Source: an uncultured archaeon
Lineage (GTDB): Archaea > Thermoproteota > Nitrososphaeria > Nitrososphaerales > Gagatemarchaeaceae
Length of the DNA: 64,000 bases
Assembly: GCA_963817525.1 (NCBI GenBank)
Contig: CAWFOU010000001.1
Coordinates: 256,001 to 320,000 of the forward strand
Reading direction: 5' to 3'
Below, piece after piece: positions 40,256 through 49,415 of the stretch. Below the pieces are notes generated by a model, which was not told the DNA's origin, searched no databases, and worked only from the letters and a program-made list of their open reading frames with translations. Within the stretch, counting starts at the first letter, position 1, and every line of letters starts with the position of its first letter. The position numbers and the translations under genes are program-made.

Positions 40256-41141
40256 CGGCCGGGTAGCGGCCCGTCCCTGTGACGTAGCCCGCCAGCGCGT
40301 CCGCGTCAGCAGACAGGCCGTAGCTCCTCTCGAAGAACTTGGAGACCGCGCCGACGTCCCGCCTCATCAGCTCCTTGGAGTTGGGGTGGTCCTTTCCCGC
40401 CCACTGCGGCCAGTCGATGAGCCACACTCTGGCCCCGTCGGTAAGGATGTTGTACTCGCTGAGGTCCCCATTGATCATCCCGGCCTTCACGTAGACCTCG
40501 CGCACCGTGTCCATTATGTCCCTGAGCACCTTGCGCGCGTCGACGAGCTCGGGCCTGTTGGCGAGCCTCACGCCGGGGAGCTCCTTGAGGAGCACCGTGT
40601 GCCTGTTGGTCGCCACCGCGACGGGGACGTTCTTGGTCACCTCGGCCAGCCTCGCCAGGGCGTTGAACTCCCTGTGCGCCGCCTCGTAGTTCACGTCCAG
40701 CCAGGTGTTCAGCTGCTTCGAGGAGGCGTGCCTCTTGCGCGTCACGTCCCGGAAGCTCGTCCTACCAAGCCTGAAGAGCTTCAGGGCGTAGAGCTCGCCC
40801 TTCTCGGAGAGGACCTCGTAGACGTCCGACTCCTTCCCCTTCGCGATAAGCTTCCCGAGCGCGTTGGCGTAGTCCTTGTCGGCATAGAACTTCAGAGCGA
40901 GGAGGTCGACCGCGGGTATGTAGATCTCGTAGACCCTGCCCGCCGTCCCCACCAGCTTCCTCTTGTTGAGCTCGTTGAGCCCGAAGTTGACCCGGTCGAG
41001 GGGCTGGCCAGAGACCTTCGCGATGGACTCCGCCGACGTGGTGGCCTTCCCCAAGGTGCACTTCTCTAGCGCCCTCAGCGCCTGCCACTCCTCGGGCTTG
41101 AGCTGCATTATGAGCGAGGCTGCGATGTCAGTCGACGACAA
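40242..41141 (-). CDS. rio2: RIO2-type Ser/Thr kinase
   Basis: N-terminal wHTH, GKESDVY, KLFRLGRTSFR, GDLSEYNI and IDWPQ. Confidence 0.93.
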   Translation of the reverse strand: MSSTDIAASLIMQLKPEEWQALRALEKCTLGKATTSAESIAKVSGQPLDRVNFGLNELNKRKLVGTAGRVYEIYIPAVDLLALKFYADKDYANALGKLIAKGKESDVYEVLSEKGELYALKLFRLGRTSFRDVTRKRHASSKQLNTWLDVNYEAAHREFNALARLAEVTKNVPVAVATNRHTVLLKELPGVRLANRPELVDARKVLRDIMDTVREVYVKAGMINGDLSEYNILTDGARVWLIDWPQWAGKDHPNSKELMRRDVGAVSKFFERSYGLSADADALAGYVTGTGRYPAVRTG

Positions 41142-41260
41142 GGTTCTTCTTCGCCTATGCCGCGGGCCTTTTCAGGCCTCTTGAACCTTTCAAGGGCTCC
41201 TCGCTCTTCTCGCCGCGCGAAAAGAAGACTCAAATAACGAGGCCCGGGAATGCGCGACCG

Positions 41261-41476
41261 ATGCCGCAGAAGAGGGGCGAGGTCGTGGAGAAGGCCACCC
41301 AGGCCCTGCCGGACACCTACGAGGCCTGGCTCAAGAAGCAGGTCGCGGCCAGATACGACGCGGTCTCGGAAGACCAAGACGACGAGGAGGAGGACGAGAT
41401 CGACGAGGCCGAGGACGTTCACGAAAAGGCGCACAGGCGCAAGCGCGGCAAGGGCTCCGCAGCCAGCGGCACCTGA
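41261..41476 (+). CDS. Small acidic/basic hypothetical protein
   Basis: 71-aa ORF with coding-like codon use and a D/E tract followed by a basic tail. Confidence 0.55.
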   Translation: MPQKRGEVVEKATQALPDTYEAWLKKQVAARYDAVSEDQDDEEEDEIDEAEDVHEKAHRRKRGKGSAASGT

Positions 41477-41482
41477 CCCGGG

Positions 41483-42547
41483 TTATCTCAAGCCTCTGGC
41501 GACTGCGACCGAGTAAGCCTTCCAGTATCCGTCCTGGCCGGGGACGTGGGGCTCGGGCTCCGAGCCGTCAACGGAGAGCCACAGCCCCGTCCCTTTGCCG
41601 CGCCGGCCGACCCGCCCTATCTCGTAGCTCCCGATCCTTCTCTTCTCGAGCGCGGCTTTGAGCCCGGGGGCGGCCCCGGGCCTGCACGTGATGATCAGGG
41701 TCCCCTCGCTCGTGGACGTCAGCGGGTCGATGCCGAACGCCGCGCACACCACGGCAGCCTCAGTGGGGACGTGGATTGCCTCGCGCTTCGCGACCACCGG
41801 GAGGCCGCACGCGGAAGACAGCTCGAGGAGCCCTCCCAGCACGCCTCCCTCGGTGGCGTCGTGCATCGAGGTCACGCTCTCGTGAATCCCCAGAGACGCG
41901 GCTACCTGTGCGTCCTTCACGGTGGAGCAGTCCCGGAGGCGGGACCTCGCCTTTTTCAAGACCGCGGCGCCCGCCTTGTCGCTTATCGTCTCGGGGAATG
42001 AGTGCGCTAGTACGGCCGTCGCGCCTATCGCGGCGCCCTTCGTGATCACCACTGAGTCCCCCGGCCTGGCCATCGCGGGCGTGACGTATGCCCCCCCGTC
42101 CGCCACGCTGAACATCGTCCCACCTCCGACCACGGTGTATCCCGACCCTGGATACCTCCCTGTATGCCCCCCGGCTATCGCGATCCCGAGCCTCCTGCAC
42201 TCGTCCCCCATCGCCGCGAGGTACTCGCCGACGTCTGGTAGCCCTATCTCTGGCGGGAGGTTGAGGTCGAACATCGCGAACTGGGGGCTGACCCCGCTCG
42301 TAGTCAGGTCGGATGCCAGCAGGTGCACGCTTAGCCACGCGGACTCCTTCATCCCGAGGGATGGGACGACTGAGAGCGGGTCGCTGGTGACCAACAGCAC
42401 ATTCTTCCCTCCCAGCGAGATCACCGCGTTGTCCAGGCCGTGCCCGGGCCCGACCATCAGGGCGGCGCGCTTCGCCCCAAGGTGCGAGAAGACGGCCTTC
42501 TCAAGGAACTCGCGCGGGACTTTCCCCTGCTGGTCGGCTTCCGTCAA
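41483..42547 (-). CDS. AIR synthase-related (PurM/HypE/ThiL superfamily) protein
   Basis: GPGHGLDNAV, TSDP, IAGGHTG, MHDATEGG and SEGTLI. Confidence 0.88.
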   Translation of the reverse strand: MTEADQQGKVPREFLEKAVFSHLGAKRAALMVGPGHGLDNAVISLGGKNVLLVTSDPLSVVPSLGMKESAWLSVHLLASDLTTSGVSPQFAMFDLNLPPEIGLPDVGEYLAAMGDECRRLGIAIAGGHTGRYPGSGYTVVGGGTMFSVADGGAYVTPAMARPGDSVVITKGAAIGATAVLAHSFPETISDKAGAAVLKKARSRLRDCSTVKDAQVAASLGIHESVTSMHDATEGGVLGGLLELSSACGLPVVAKREAIHVPTEAAVVCAAFGIDPLTSTSEGTLIITCRPGAAPGLKAALEKRRIGSYEIGRVGRRGKGTGLWLSVDGSEPEPHVPGQDGYWKAYSVAVARGLR

Positions 42548-43158
42548 TTCCGATAGCCCAGGCGCCTGAACGTCGGGCCTGCCGCCCCGATTATCGCGAA
42601 GGCGACCGGGATGAAAGCGAGGTCGAGGAGGGTCCCAAAGTCGTACGACGCCAGTCCTAGTGCTGCGTAGATGCCCTGCGGGCTGCCGTATTGGAAGAGC
42701 CCGTACGCGTAGAAGATCCAGTCAGAGAAGAAGAACGCCAGGGTCTCGTAGACGGTGGCGGCGACCATCGCCCATGCCAAAGTCTTCCTCCCCCTGGTCG
42801 CGGCCCAGGCGACGATGAGAGCCTCAGGGCCCCTGGCCCACACCATCCCGAACGGGTAGATGGGGGAGCCTCCCCTCGTGGAGATGTTGAAAAGCTCGCC
42901 CACGAAGCCGCCGATCGCGGTAGCCGAGAACGCGTCCCACCTGTCCACAAGCGCGGCGAGCGCCAGGAAGACCGCGGGCGCGAGCGTGATCTCGTAGAGG
43001 GGAGGCGGGAGAGGGACGGCGATTATCGTGCACACCGCGATGACCGAGGAGAAGACCGCGACTAGGGCCAGCCTCATGCTCTTTGTGGGCGCGGTCTTCC
43101 CGCCCGAGGTGTCCTCGTGAAACGCCGACTCTGCGTATGTCCCCAAAGAAGCTACCAA
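42544..43158 (-). CDS. ECF S-component-like membrane protein
   Basis: LALVAVFSSVIAV..IAVPLPP N-terminal pattern and about 5-6 TM segments. Confidence 0.72.
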   Translation of the reverse strand: MVASLGTYAESAFHEDTSGGKTAPTKSMRLALVAVFSSVIAVCTIIAVPLPPPLYEITLAPAVFLALAALVDRWDAFSATAIGGFVGELFNISTRGGSPIYPFGMVWARGPEALIVAWAATRGRKTLAWAMVAATVYETLAFFFSDWIFYAYGLFQYGSPQGIYAALGLASYDFGTLLDLAFIPVAFAIIGAAGPTFRRLGYRN

Positions 43159-43197
43159 GCGGGGCCTCCCAAGGGAATCTTATAAACGACCTGATAA

Positions 43198-44154
43198 ATG
43201 ACTTATAGCATGCATCCGCCCTGCGAGATGATGGTCGACTCTTTCCTGCCCTCGATGCGCGCCCTCGTCGCGAGGAGGCTCAAGGAGGACGGCCTCTCCC
43301 AGGGGAAGATCGCGAGCTTGCTGGGGCTGACCCAGGCCTCCGTGAGCACCTACCTCTCCACTCCCGTGGCGAAACAGACGCAGGCCTTGTCGAGCTTCGG
43401 TGTGAGCGCCGAAGAGGCCGAGACCTACGCTGCGCTCCTCGCGGAGGACCTCAAGAGCAACCCCACCTACGCGGTGGCGACCCTCTACTCCATCTGGAGC
43501 CGGCTCATCGGGGGAGGAGACGCGTGCTCCCTTCACAGGAGCGAGTACCCCTCCCTGGCCACCTGTGAGGTCTGCATGAAGGTCTTCGGCCCCGAGAGGG
43601 GGCACGCCGAGGGAGCGGTCGAGCACGTCGAGGGCGCCCTCAGGTCGATCGAGGGGTCGTCGCTCTTCGTGTGGGTGATGCCCGAGGTCTCCGTCAACGT
43701 GGCCTATGCTCCCCAGGGGGCCAAGTCGGCGGAGGACGTCGTCGCGATCCCTGGGAGGATAGTGAGGGTCAGGGGGCAGGCGCGCTCGTTCATGAAGCCA
43801 GAGTACGGCGCGTCGACCCACCTCGCCGCCATCCTTCTCGAGGTCGAGCGCAGGCGACCCTCCCTGCGGGCTGCGATGAACCTCAGGTACGACGAGCGGA
43901 TGTCGAAGGTCCTCGCGAGGCTGCGCGTGAAGCAGCTCACCATCGGACGCGCGTATCCTACGGGCTCCCAGGACAAGGTGCTTGGCGCCCTCAGCTCGAG
44001 GCTCTCTGCGCCGGAGGGGCCTGCCGAGTTCGAGGCCGTGGTGGACCTGGGGGGCGAGGGTGTCGAGCCCAGCCTCTACCTCTTCGCGGAGGACGCCGTC
44101 GATGTCGTGCGCAGGGCGCTCGAGATAGCCAGGGCCTACGCGACTTCAGGCTGA
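43198..44154 (+). CDS. HTH-ThiN fusion regulator (ThiR-like)
   Basis: PPCE...LPSMRALVARRL..GLSQGKIASLLGLTQASVSTYL HTH plus ThiN motifs MPEVSVN, AIPGRI, PEYGASTHLA, MNLRY and GVEP. Confidence 0.85.
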   Translation: MTYSMHPPCEMMVDSFLPSMRALVARRLKEDGLSQGKIASLLGLTQASVSTYLSTPVAKQTQALSSFGVSAEEAETYAALLAEDLKSNPTYAVATLYSIWSRLIGGGDACSLHRSEYPSLATCEVCMKVFGPERGHAEGAVEHVEGALRSIEGSSLFVWVMPEVSVNVAYAPQGAKSAEDVVAIPGRIVRVRGQARSFMKPEYGASTHLAAILLEVERRRPSLRAAMNLRYDERMSKVLARLRVKQLTIGRAYPTGSQDKVLGALSSRLSAPEGPAEFEAVVDLGGEGVEPSLYLFAEDAVDVVRRALEIARAYATSG

Positions 44155-45798
44155 GCGTGCGGCGACCTGCAGCTTCTTCCCCTTGCCTTGGTGCTGGTCT
44201 ATTGCGGCCTTCATGAACGCCAGGAACATGGGCTCTGGGTACTCGGGCCTGCTGCAGTACTCGGGGTGGTACTGCGTCCCCATGTAGAACGGGTGCTCCT
44301 TGAGCTCCAGTATCTCCGCGCGCCTCCCGCCGTCGCTGAACGCCGAGAAGTGCATCCCCGCGTCCTCCAGCCTCTGCATGTAGGACTGGTTGAGCTCGAA
44401 CCTGTGCCTGTGCCTTCCCCTGACGGTCTTGCTCTGGTAGACGTCAAATGCCTTGCTGGGCCTCTCCACCGAGATGTCGTGACCCCCGAGCCTCATCGTC
44501 CCGCCGAGCTTCGCTATCCCCTTCTGCCCAGGGAGGAGGTCGATCACGGGGTCGTGCGTGTCTGGCGCCAGCTCTGTGGAGTTTGCGTCCCTCAGGCCCA
44601 GCACGTTCCTCGCAAACGACACGATGGAGAGCTGGAAGCCGAAGCACAGGCCCAAGAGGGGCTTCATCTCCCTCCTCGCGTAGTCCGCAACCCAGATCTT
44701 CCCCTCAGTCCCCCTCTTCCCGTACCCCTGGGGCAGCACTATCCCGTCGGCGCCGTCCAGGACCGTGCGTGCCTCCTCGGCCTTGCTACCCCCCTCAAGA
44801 TCCTCGGACTCCACCCACTTGATGTCCACTCCGACCCCATTGGCGGCGGCCGCGTGCTTCAGCGCGAGGTTCACGCTCACGTAGCTGTCCATGAGGGTGA
44901 CGTACTTGCCCACCATCGCGACCGTCACAGAGCTCTTCTGGCGGACGAAGTTCGAGGCGACCTCGTTCCAGCCCAGAAGGTCGGTCTTCTTCCCCTTGAT
45001 CTGGAGATGGCCCATCAGGGGCTTCAGCACCCCCTGGCGGTAGAGCATGTCGGGCACCTGGTAGATCGACCCGACGTCCGGGTTAGAAATCACGCTGTTG
45101 ACTGGGACGCTCGTGAAAAGTGCGAGCTTCTCCTTGGCGTCCTCCGGGAGCGGCTTGGTCCCCCTCACGACGATCAGGTCGGGCTGGATGCCTATGCGCC
45201 TCAGCTCCTGGACGCTGTGCTGGGTCGGTTTGGTCTTCATCTCGCCCACCGCTCCCATCTCCGGGGCGAGAGTCACGTGGACGAAGAGGGTGTTCTCCGC
45301 GCCGTCCTCCAGCCGCATCTGGCGGAAGGCCTCGAGGAAGGGGAGGCTCTCGATGTCCCCCACGGTCCCGCCGCACTCGATGACCGCGACGCTCGAGCCG
45401 CTCTTCGCAGTCCGCTCCCTGATGCGCTTCTTGATCTCGTCTGTGACGTGCGGGATGATCTGGACGCACTTGCCGAGGTACTTGCCCTTGCGCTCGTCCT
45501 CGATCACCGCGTTGTAGACCTGCCCTGTGGTGATGTTGTCCTCTTTGCTAAGGTCCTTGTTGAGGAACCTCTCGTAGTTCCCCAGGTCCATGTCGCACTC
45601 TCCGCCGTCGTCCGTGACGAAGACCTCCCCGTGGGCGATGGGGTTCATCGTCCCCGCGTCGAAGTTGATGTATGGGTCGACCTTCATGCAGGTGACGGTG
45701 AGGTGCGAGCGCTGGAGTATCTTGGCCAGGGATGAGGTGGTGATTCCTTTGCCTAGGCCAGACATCACCCCGCCGGTGACAAAAATGTACTTCGGCAC
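44146..45798 (-). CDS. pyrG: CTP synthase
   Basis: KYIFVTGGVMSGLGKG, GGTVGDIES, KTKPTQHSV, GLCFGFQ, RHRHRFE and QYHPE. Confidence 0.98.
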   Translation of the reverse strand: MPKYIFVTGGVMSGLGKGITTSSLAKILQRSHLTVTCMKVDPYINFDAGTMNPIAHGEVFVTDDGGECDMDLGNYERFLNKDLSKEDNITTGQVYNAVIEDERKGKYLGKCVQIIPHVTDEIKKRIRERTAKSGSSVAVIECGGTVGDIESLPFLEAFRQMRLEDGAENTLFVHVTLAPEMGAVGEMKTKPTQHSVQELRRIGIQPDLIVVRGTKPLPEDAKEKLALFTSVPVNSVISNPDVGSIYQVPDMLYRQGVLKPLMGHLQIKGKKTDLLGWNEVASNFVRQKSSVTVAMVGKYVTLMDSYVSVNLALKHAAAANGVGVDIKWVESEDLEGGSKAEEARTVLDGADGIVLPQGYGKRGTEGKIWVADYARREMKPLLGLCFGFQLSIVSFARNVLGLRDANSTELAPDTHDPVIDLLPGQKGIAKLGGTMRLGGHDISVERPSKAFDVYQSKTVRGRHRHRFELNQSYMQRLEDAGMHFSAFSDGGRRAEILELKEHPFYMGTQYHPEYCSRPEYPEPMFLAFMKAAIDQHQGKGKKLQVAARSA

Positions 45799-45882
45799 AG
45801 GGCAGTTGGGCGCTCGTTCGTAATTAAGTTTTTGCGGCCCGAAATCCCGTTTATTACGACGTCAGGAGGCTCCTGGCTTGAC

Positions 45883-46407
45883 ATGGCCAGTCCGTTGATG
45901 GATATCCACATCGCCGCCGCCGTGACTCTCATCGCTGTGGGAATATTCGTGGCAGAGGAGGTCCTTAGCTTCGTCATCAGGGGCGTGGCAAGGAGGGCCG
46001 GCGCTGCGGCGACGGTGACCCGGGACATAGGGGCCTCCTTGCGGATAATCGCGCTGGCACTGGTGCTATCGGACATACTTAGCTTCTCAGGCCTCTCCTC
46101 CCTCTTCACGGGCCTCACCGTGTCCGCGGTCTTGGCGGTCGCCGTCTCGCTCGCCCTGCAGACGACGCTCTCGAACGTGATCGCGGGGATTCTCCTCCTC
46201 AGCGACGGCGTGGTGCGCCTCCACGACACGATAGAGTACAGCGGGGCCAAGGGGGAGGTTGTGCGCATCGGCCTGAGGAACACGTGGATCAAGACCGCGG
46301 ACGGCTACATCACCGTCATCGGGAACTCGTCCCTTGCGGGCGGGCCTCTCATCAACCACACCGCCACGGAGCGCCTCTCTAGGAAGTACGACCTGGACGC
46401 ACCCTAG
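45883..46407 (+). CDS. Small MscS-family mechanosensitive channel protein
   Basis: Three TMs, SLALQTTLSNVIAGILL and GEVVRIGLRNTWIKT. Confidence 0.88.
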   Translation: MASPLMDIHIAAAVTLIAVGIFVAEEVLSFVIRGVARRAGAAATVTRDIGASLRIIALALVLSDILSFSGLSSLFTGLTVSAVLAVAVSLALQTTLSNVIAGILLLSDGVVRLHDTIEYSGAKGEVVRIGLRNTWIKTADGYITVIGNSSLAGGPLINHTATERLSRKYDLDAP

Positions 46408-46414
46408 GATGCCT

Positions 46415-46550
46415 TCACTCGGGCCTGAACTGATGCGTCGCGAGCGCGATATCCGAGATGTCCACGAAGATGCTCGCTACGCTCTCGAGAAGTGCGAGCA
46501 GGTCGACCATTGCGCGGGTTGACGTCCGCTTCATCCCCACCGTCCCCTCT
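46415..46550 (-). pseudogene. Diverged remnant of the 3' end of phoU
   Basis: Minus strand encodes EGTVGMKRTSTRAMVDLLALLESVASIFVDISDIALATHQFRPE*, compared with the PhoU C-terminus KGIVGLRGGYSGTTVDLLAHLERIANLLVDVSDLALPTYQFRPE*. Confidence 0.85.
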
Positions 46551-46778
46551 TCTCGGGCGGAACACCACGCTTCCCGAGGCAGACCTCGCAGGTGACGTGC
46601 GAGCCCCTGGAGATGTTGGTTTACCGCCTCTTGGCCTGGGTGTCGTCCAAAAAGTTACTGCGGCTGTCCTTCAAGTTTCAAAGGCATGATTCCCCTTCCT
46701 TTCCAAATAAAAAGCGTAGGGGTCCCGCCCTAAAAAAGAGGTGGACCCCTCTCGTCACGGGCTCTTTTCTGGACCTGA

Positions 46779-47060
46779 CTACCCCGCTTCAACTACCGGG
46801 ATAGGCTCGTCGAGAGGGATCAGCTGGGCGATCTCATCGTATACGTGCCGAAAGCGCAGGCCCTTCTCCGTCAGTGCGAATATGTGCGTGTCGTCGTTCC
46901 TCGTGATCAGTCCGTTGGCCATGAGGAACTTCAGGTAGTCGTTGATCTGGGCGAATGAGAGGAACGAGCCGTACATCAGCCTCGTCTTGGTCGCATTTCC
47001 CGCCTGCGCGACTTCCAGAATGGTCGCTGCGATTGAGAACCTGCTCCGATACTTCCCCAT
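46779..47060 (-). CDS. Small winged-helix transcriptional regulator
   Basis: KYRSRFSIAATILE...TKTRLMYGSFLSFAQINDYLKFL...LTEKG. ATG start at 47060 is inferred. Confidence 0.88.
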   Translation of the reverse strand: MGKYRSRFSIAATILEVAQAGNATKTRLMYGSFLSFAQINDYLKFLMANGLITRNDDTHIFALTEKGLRFRHVYDEIAQLIPLDEPIPVVEAG

Positions 47061-47208
47061 CTTCTTGGGAGGGGTCCTTCCCAAGTTTGCCCGCACCGTG
47101 CCGTTGCCTTGCTCCGTAGTAGAGTCCTTTAGGATAGCAGTCATCTTCTTAGTCCAGTACATTGCTATGGACCCCATATCAATAGGCTGTGTTCAGTGCA
47201 ATCACCGG

Positions 47209-47308
47209 GGGGGATTCGCCTCATTTGCAGTGAGTTGCAATTTATTTCGAATCCTCAGTGGGGGATTCGAGCCATTTGCAGCGAGTTTGCAATTTATTTC
47301 CAACCCTC
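47209..47308. repeat. Two ~50-bp tandem imperfect repeats in a divergent promoter region
   Basis: GGGGGATTCG-N3-CATTTGCAG(T/C)GAGTT(T)GCAATTTATTTC-AA-CCTC at 47209-47256 and 47260-47308. Confidence 0.85.
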
Positions 47309-47394
47309 GGGGGTCGCTCTACCTCGCGAAAACCCCCGATTGGACCCGTGCGATAGTTAATTAACTAGAACATCGGTACGTAACGAGGCTTCAC

Positions 47395-47994
47395 TTGCCA
47401 AAACACAAGAGCGCGACTGTCTCATTAAGGATAAGCGACCTAGCGCTAAAGGCGCTGCAAGAGGAGTCGAAGAAGATGAACGTTAGCATGAACACCCTCG
47501 CCAACCAGATACTCCTGTCTTTTGCTACCTACGACAGGTACCTTAGCAGGTTCGGGATGGTGAAGGTCGGGGTCCCTACGCTCAGGAGGATAATCGCCGC
47601 CGGCACCGATTCAGAGATAGCGGAGGCCGGCAGGTACGCCGGGATGAGCTTGCCGCCAAGCTTCATCCTTAACATGAGGGGGAAGCTGACTCTCGACAGC
47701 GTCATAGAGTATCTGGAGATAATGGGGAGGTACGCGAACATGTTCGACTACAGCGAGGCATCCCAAGGGGGTCAGACTACCATCACGCTCGTCCACGACT
47801 TTGGGGAGAAAGGGAGCTTATTCTTGGAGAAGTACGTAGAGGGTATGTTCGAACGGCTAGGGGAGAAGATCAAGATACTGCGGTACCCTGACTCTATCAC
47901 GATAGAGGTCACTCAGGCCAGCCGGCTGTTGGACAAGCACCGCCTGGACGCAACGGAAAACATGAAATTCGTTGCACATGAAACGGTCCATTAA
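47395..47994 (+). CDS. Putative regulator with an N-terminal ribbon-helix-helix-like domain
   Basis: TVSLRISDLALKALQEESKKMNVSMNTLANQIL (RHH pattern); C-terminal domain with HDFGEKGSLFL. Confidence 0.75.
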   Translation: MPKHKSATVSLRISDLALKALQEESKKMNVSMNTLANQILLSFATYDRYLSRFGMVKVGVPTLRRIIAAGTDSEIAEAGRYAGMSLPPSFILNMRGKLTLDSVIEYLEIMGRYANMFDYSEASQGGQTTITLVHDFGEKGSLFLEKYVEGMFERLGEKIKILRYPDSITIEVTQASRLLDKHRLDATENMKFVAHETVH

Positions 47995-48020
47995 ATAGGC
48001 ACCGATGGCGCCCCACCGGT

Positions 48021-48239
48021 GTGCTAAGGCCCGACTCGGCCGAGGCCGTTATCACCCTGAAGGGCGAACAAGACGGCGAAAAAGTCCAGCAGCTCCTTAG
48101 GGCATTATCTGCCGTTCCCGGCGTCCTCGAGACCGACTACAACCTTTTGACGAGGAAGGTGATAGTGAAGTACGACCCCAACGTCTTGACGCATCTGCAG
48201 ATCCTCGAGAAGATAGACAGGATTCTTTTAGCAAGCTAG
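48021..48239 (+). CDS. HMA-like (ferredoxin-fold) small protein lacking CxxC
   Basis: ALSAVPGVLETDYNLLTRKVIVKYDP..LT..QILEKI matches the HMA pattern; the sequence has no Cys. Confidence 0.65.
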   Translation: MLRPDSAEAVITLKGEQDGEKVQQLLRALSAVPGVLETDYNLLTRKVIVKYDPNVLTHLQILEKIDRILLAS

Positions 48240-48377
48240 AGTCCGAAACGCGCCGACCGGCGAGTTCATAGCAAGCACCATGTTATTCGTGACGCTTCCG
48301 GTGATTCCTCGGCTCAGAGGGCGATCAGGTTGTGCACGACGGTCCGCCCATGAACAGGACTGCGCGGCCGCGTCCTC

Positions 48378-49376
48378 TCATTCGGGCCTGAACTGATACG
48401 TCGGGAGCGCGAGGTCCGAGACGTCGACCAAGAGGTTGGCAATTCTCTCAAGGTGCGCCAGAAGGTCGACCGTCGTCCCTGAATATCCGCCCCTCAGTCC
48501 CACGATCCCCTTCGAGAGCTCGGCTAGGCGTTGACGCATGGCCTCCACCTCTGTGCTCGTACGTTGGGGTTGAACGCGCCTCCTTCCAAGGAAGGAGGAA
48601 ATCGCGACCTCGCCCATCCTCTCCAGCGTCTCTAGGGACTGGGCGAGCTGGGTCGCCACTCCCTTCCCGAACTCTTCTCCCGAAGCGCGTTTCGAAAAGT
48701 CGGTCACCGCGTCTCCAAGGCTCTCCAGGTAGCTGGCGAGGACCCGATAGTCAAGGCACTCGATCGGCGCGAGCTTGTATCTCTCGGCGACCACGGGGTC
48801 GATGGTCGCGGTCCGAATCGCCCTGACCAAGAGAAAGTAAAGCCTGTCCACTTCGTCGTCCCTTTCTCCAACCTGCCCCAGCAAAGCGCGGTCGCGTCTC
48901 AGCCCCTCCGCCGAGTCCCTCAGCATGCCGCTGATGAGGCTGGACATCCTGCGCACTATCTTCTCAGGGTCCAGGACCGCCGGGTCTAGCAGGAACTGCA
49001 TGGTCATCCGTTTTGCGTCCTCGTCCACTATCTCGAGCCCGACCAGCCTGGAGATTGCTGCCTTGAGCCTCCCGCGGTCTTCCCTCGCAATAATTGACTT
49101 GCCAACTATCCTGATCGTGTTGATTCCCATCAGGTACGCTCCGGTGACGTCATTGGTCACGTAACTCAGACTCTGCCGGGGGTAGTCCAGGGAGACCTCG
49201 CTCTCAACAGGTGGACCTGCTTCATCCGTGATGGGTTTCACGATCAGCCTTCGCTCCGAGATTTCTTCGACTGCCACACTTGAGCCGCGCACCACGCCGT
49301 TATTCTGTGCCCACTTCTTCGGCAGCGAGATAAGGACGGTGCCTTTTCCCATCTCCATCACCTTCCTCGTGTCCAT
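48378..49376 (-). CDS. phoU: Phosphate uptake regulator PhoU with an N-terminal AbrB-like domain
   Basis: RKVMEMGKGTVLISLPKKWA (AbrB), ERDDEVDRLYFL and LESLGD. Confidence 0.88.
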   Translation of the reverse strand: MDTRKVMEMGKGTVLISLPKKWAQNNGVVRGSSVAVEEISERRLIVKPITDEAGPPVESEVSLDYPRQSLSYVTNDVTGAYLMGINTIRIVGKSIIAREDRGRLKAAISRLVGLEIVDEDAKRMTMQFLLDPAVLDPEKIVRRMSSLISGMLRDSAEGLRRDRALLGQVGERDDEVDRLYFLLVRAIRTATIDPVVAERYKLAPIECLDYRVLASYLESLGDAVTDFSKRASGEEFGKGVATQLAQSLETLERMGEVAISSFLGRRRVQPQRTSTEVEAMRQRLAELSKGIVGLRGGYSGTTVDLLAHLERIANLLVDVSDLALPTYQFRPE

Positions 49377-49415
49377 CGGAATCTATAGACTACTCTAGAT
49401 TATAAAGAGTTAATC

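Noticed and set aside
47209-47308. Possible mini-CRISPR array
   Set aside because: Only two adjacent imperfect units with no spacer, and no cas genes in the window.
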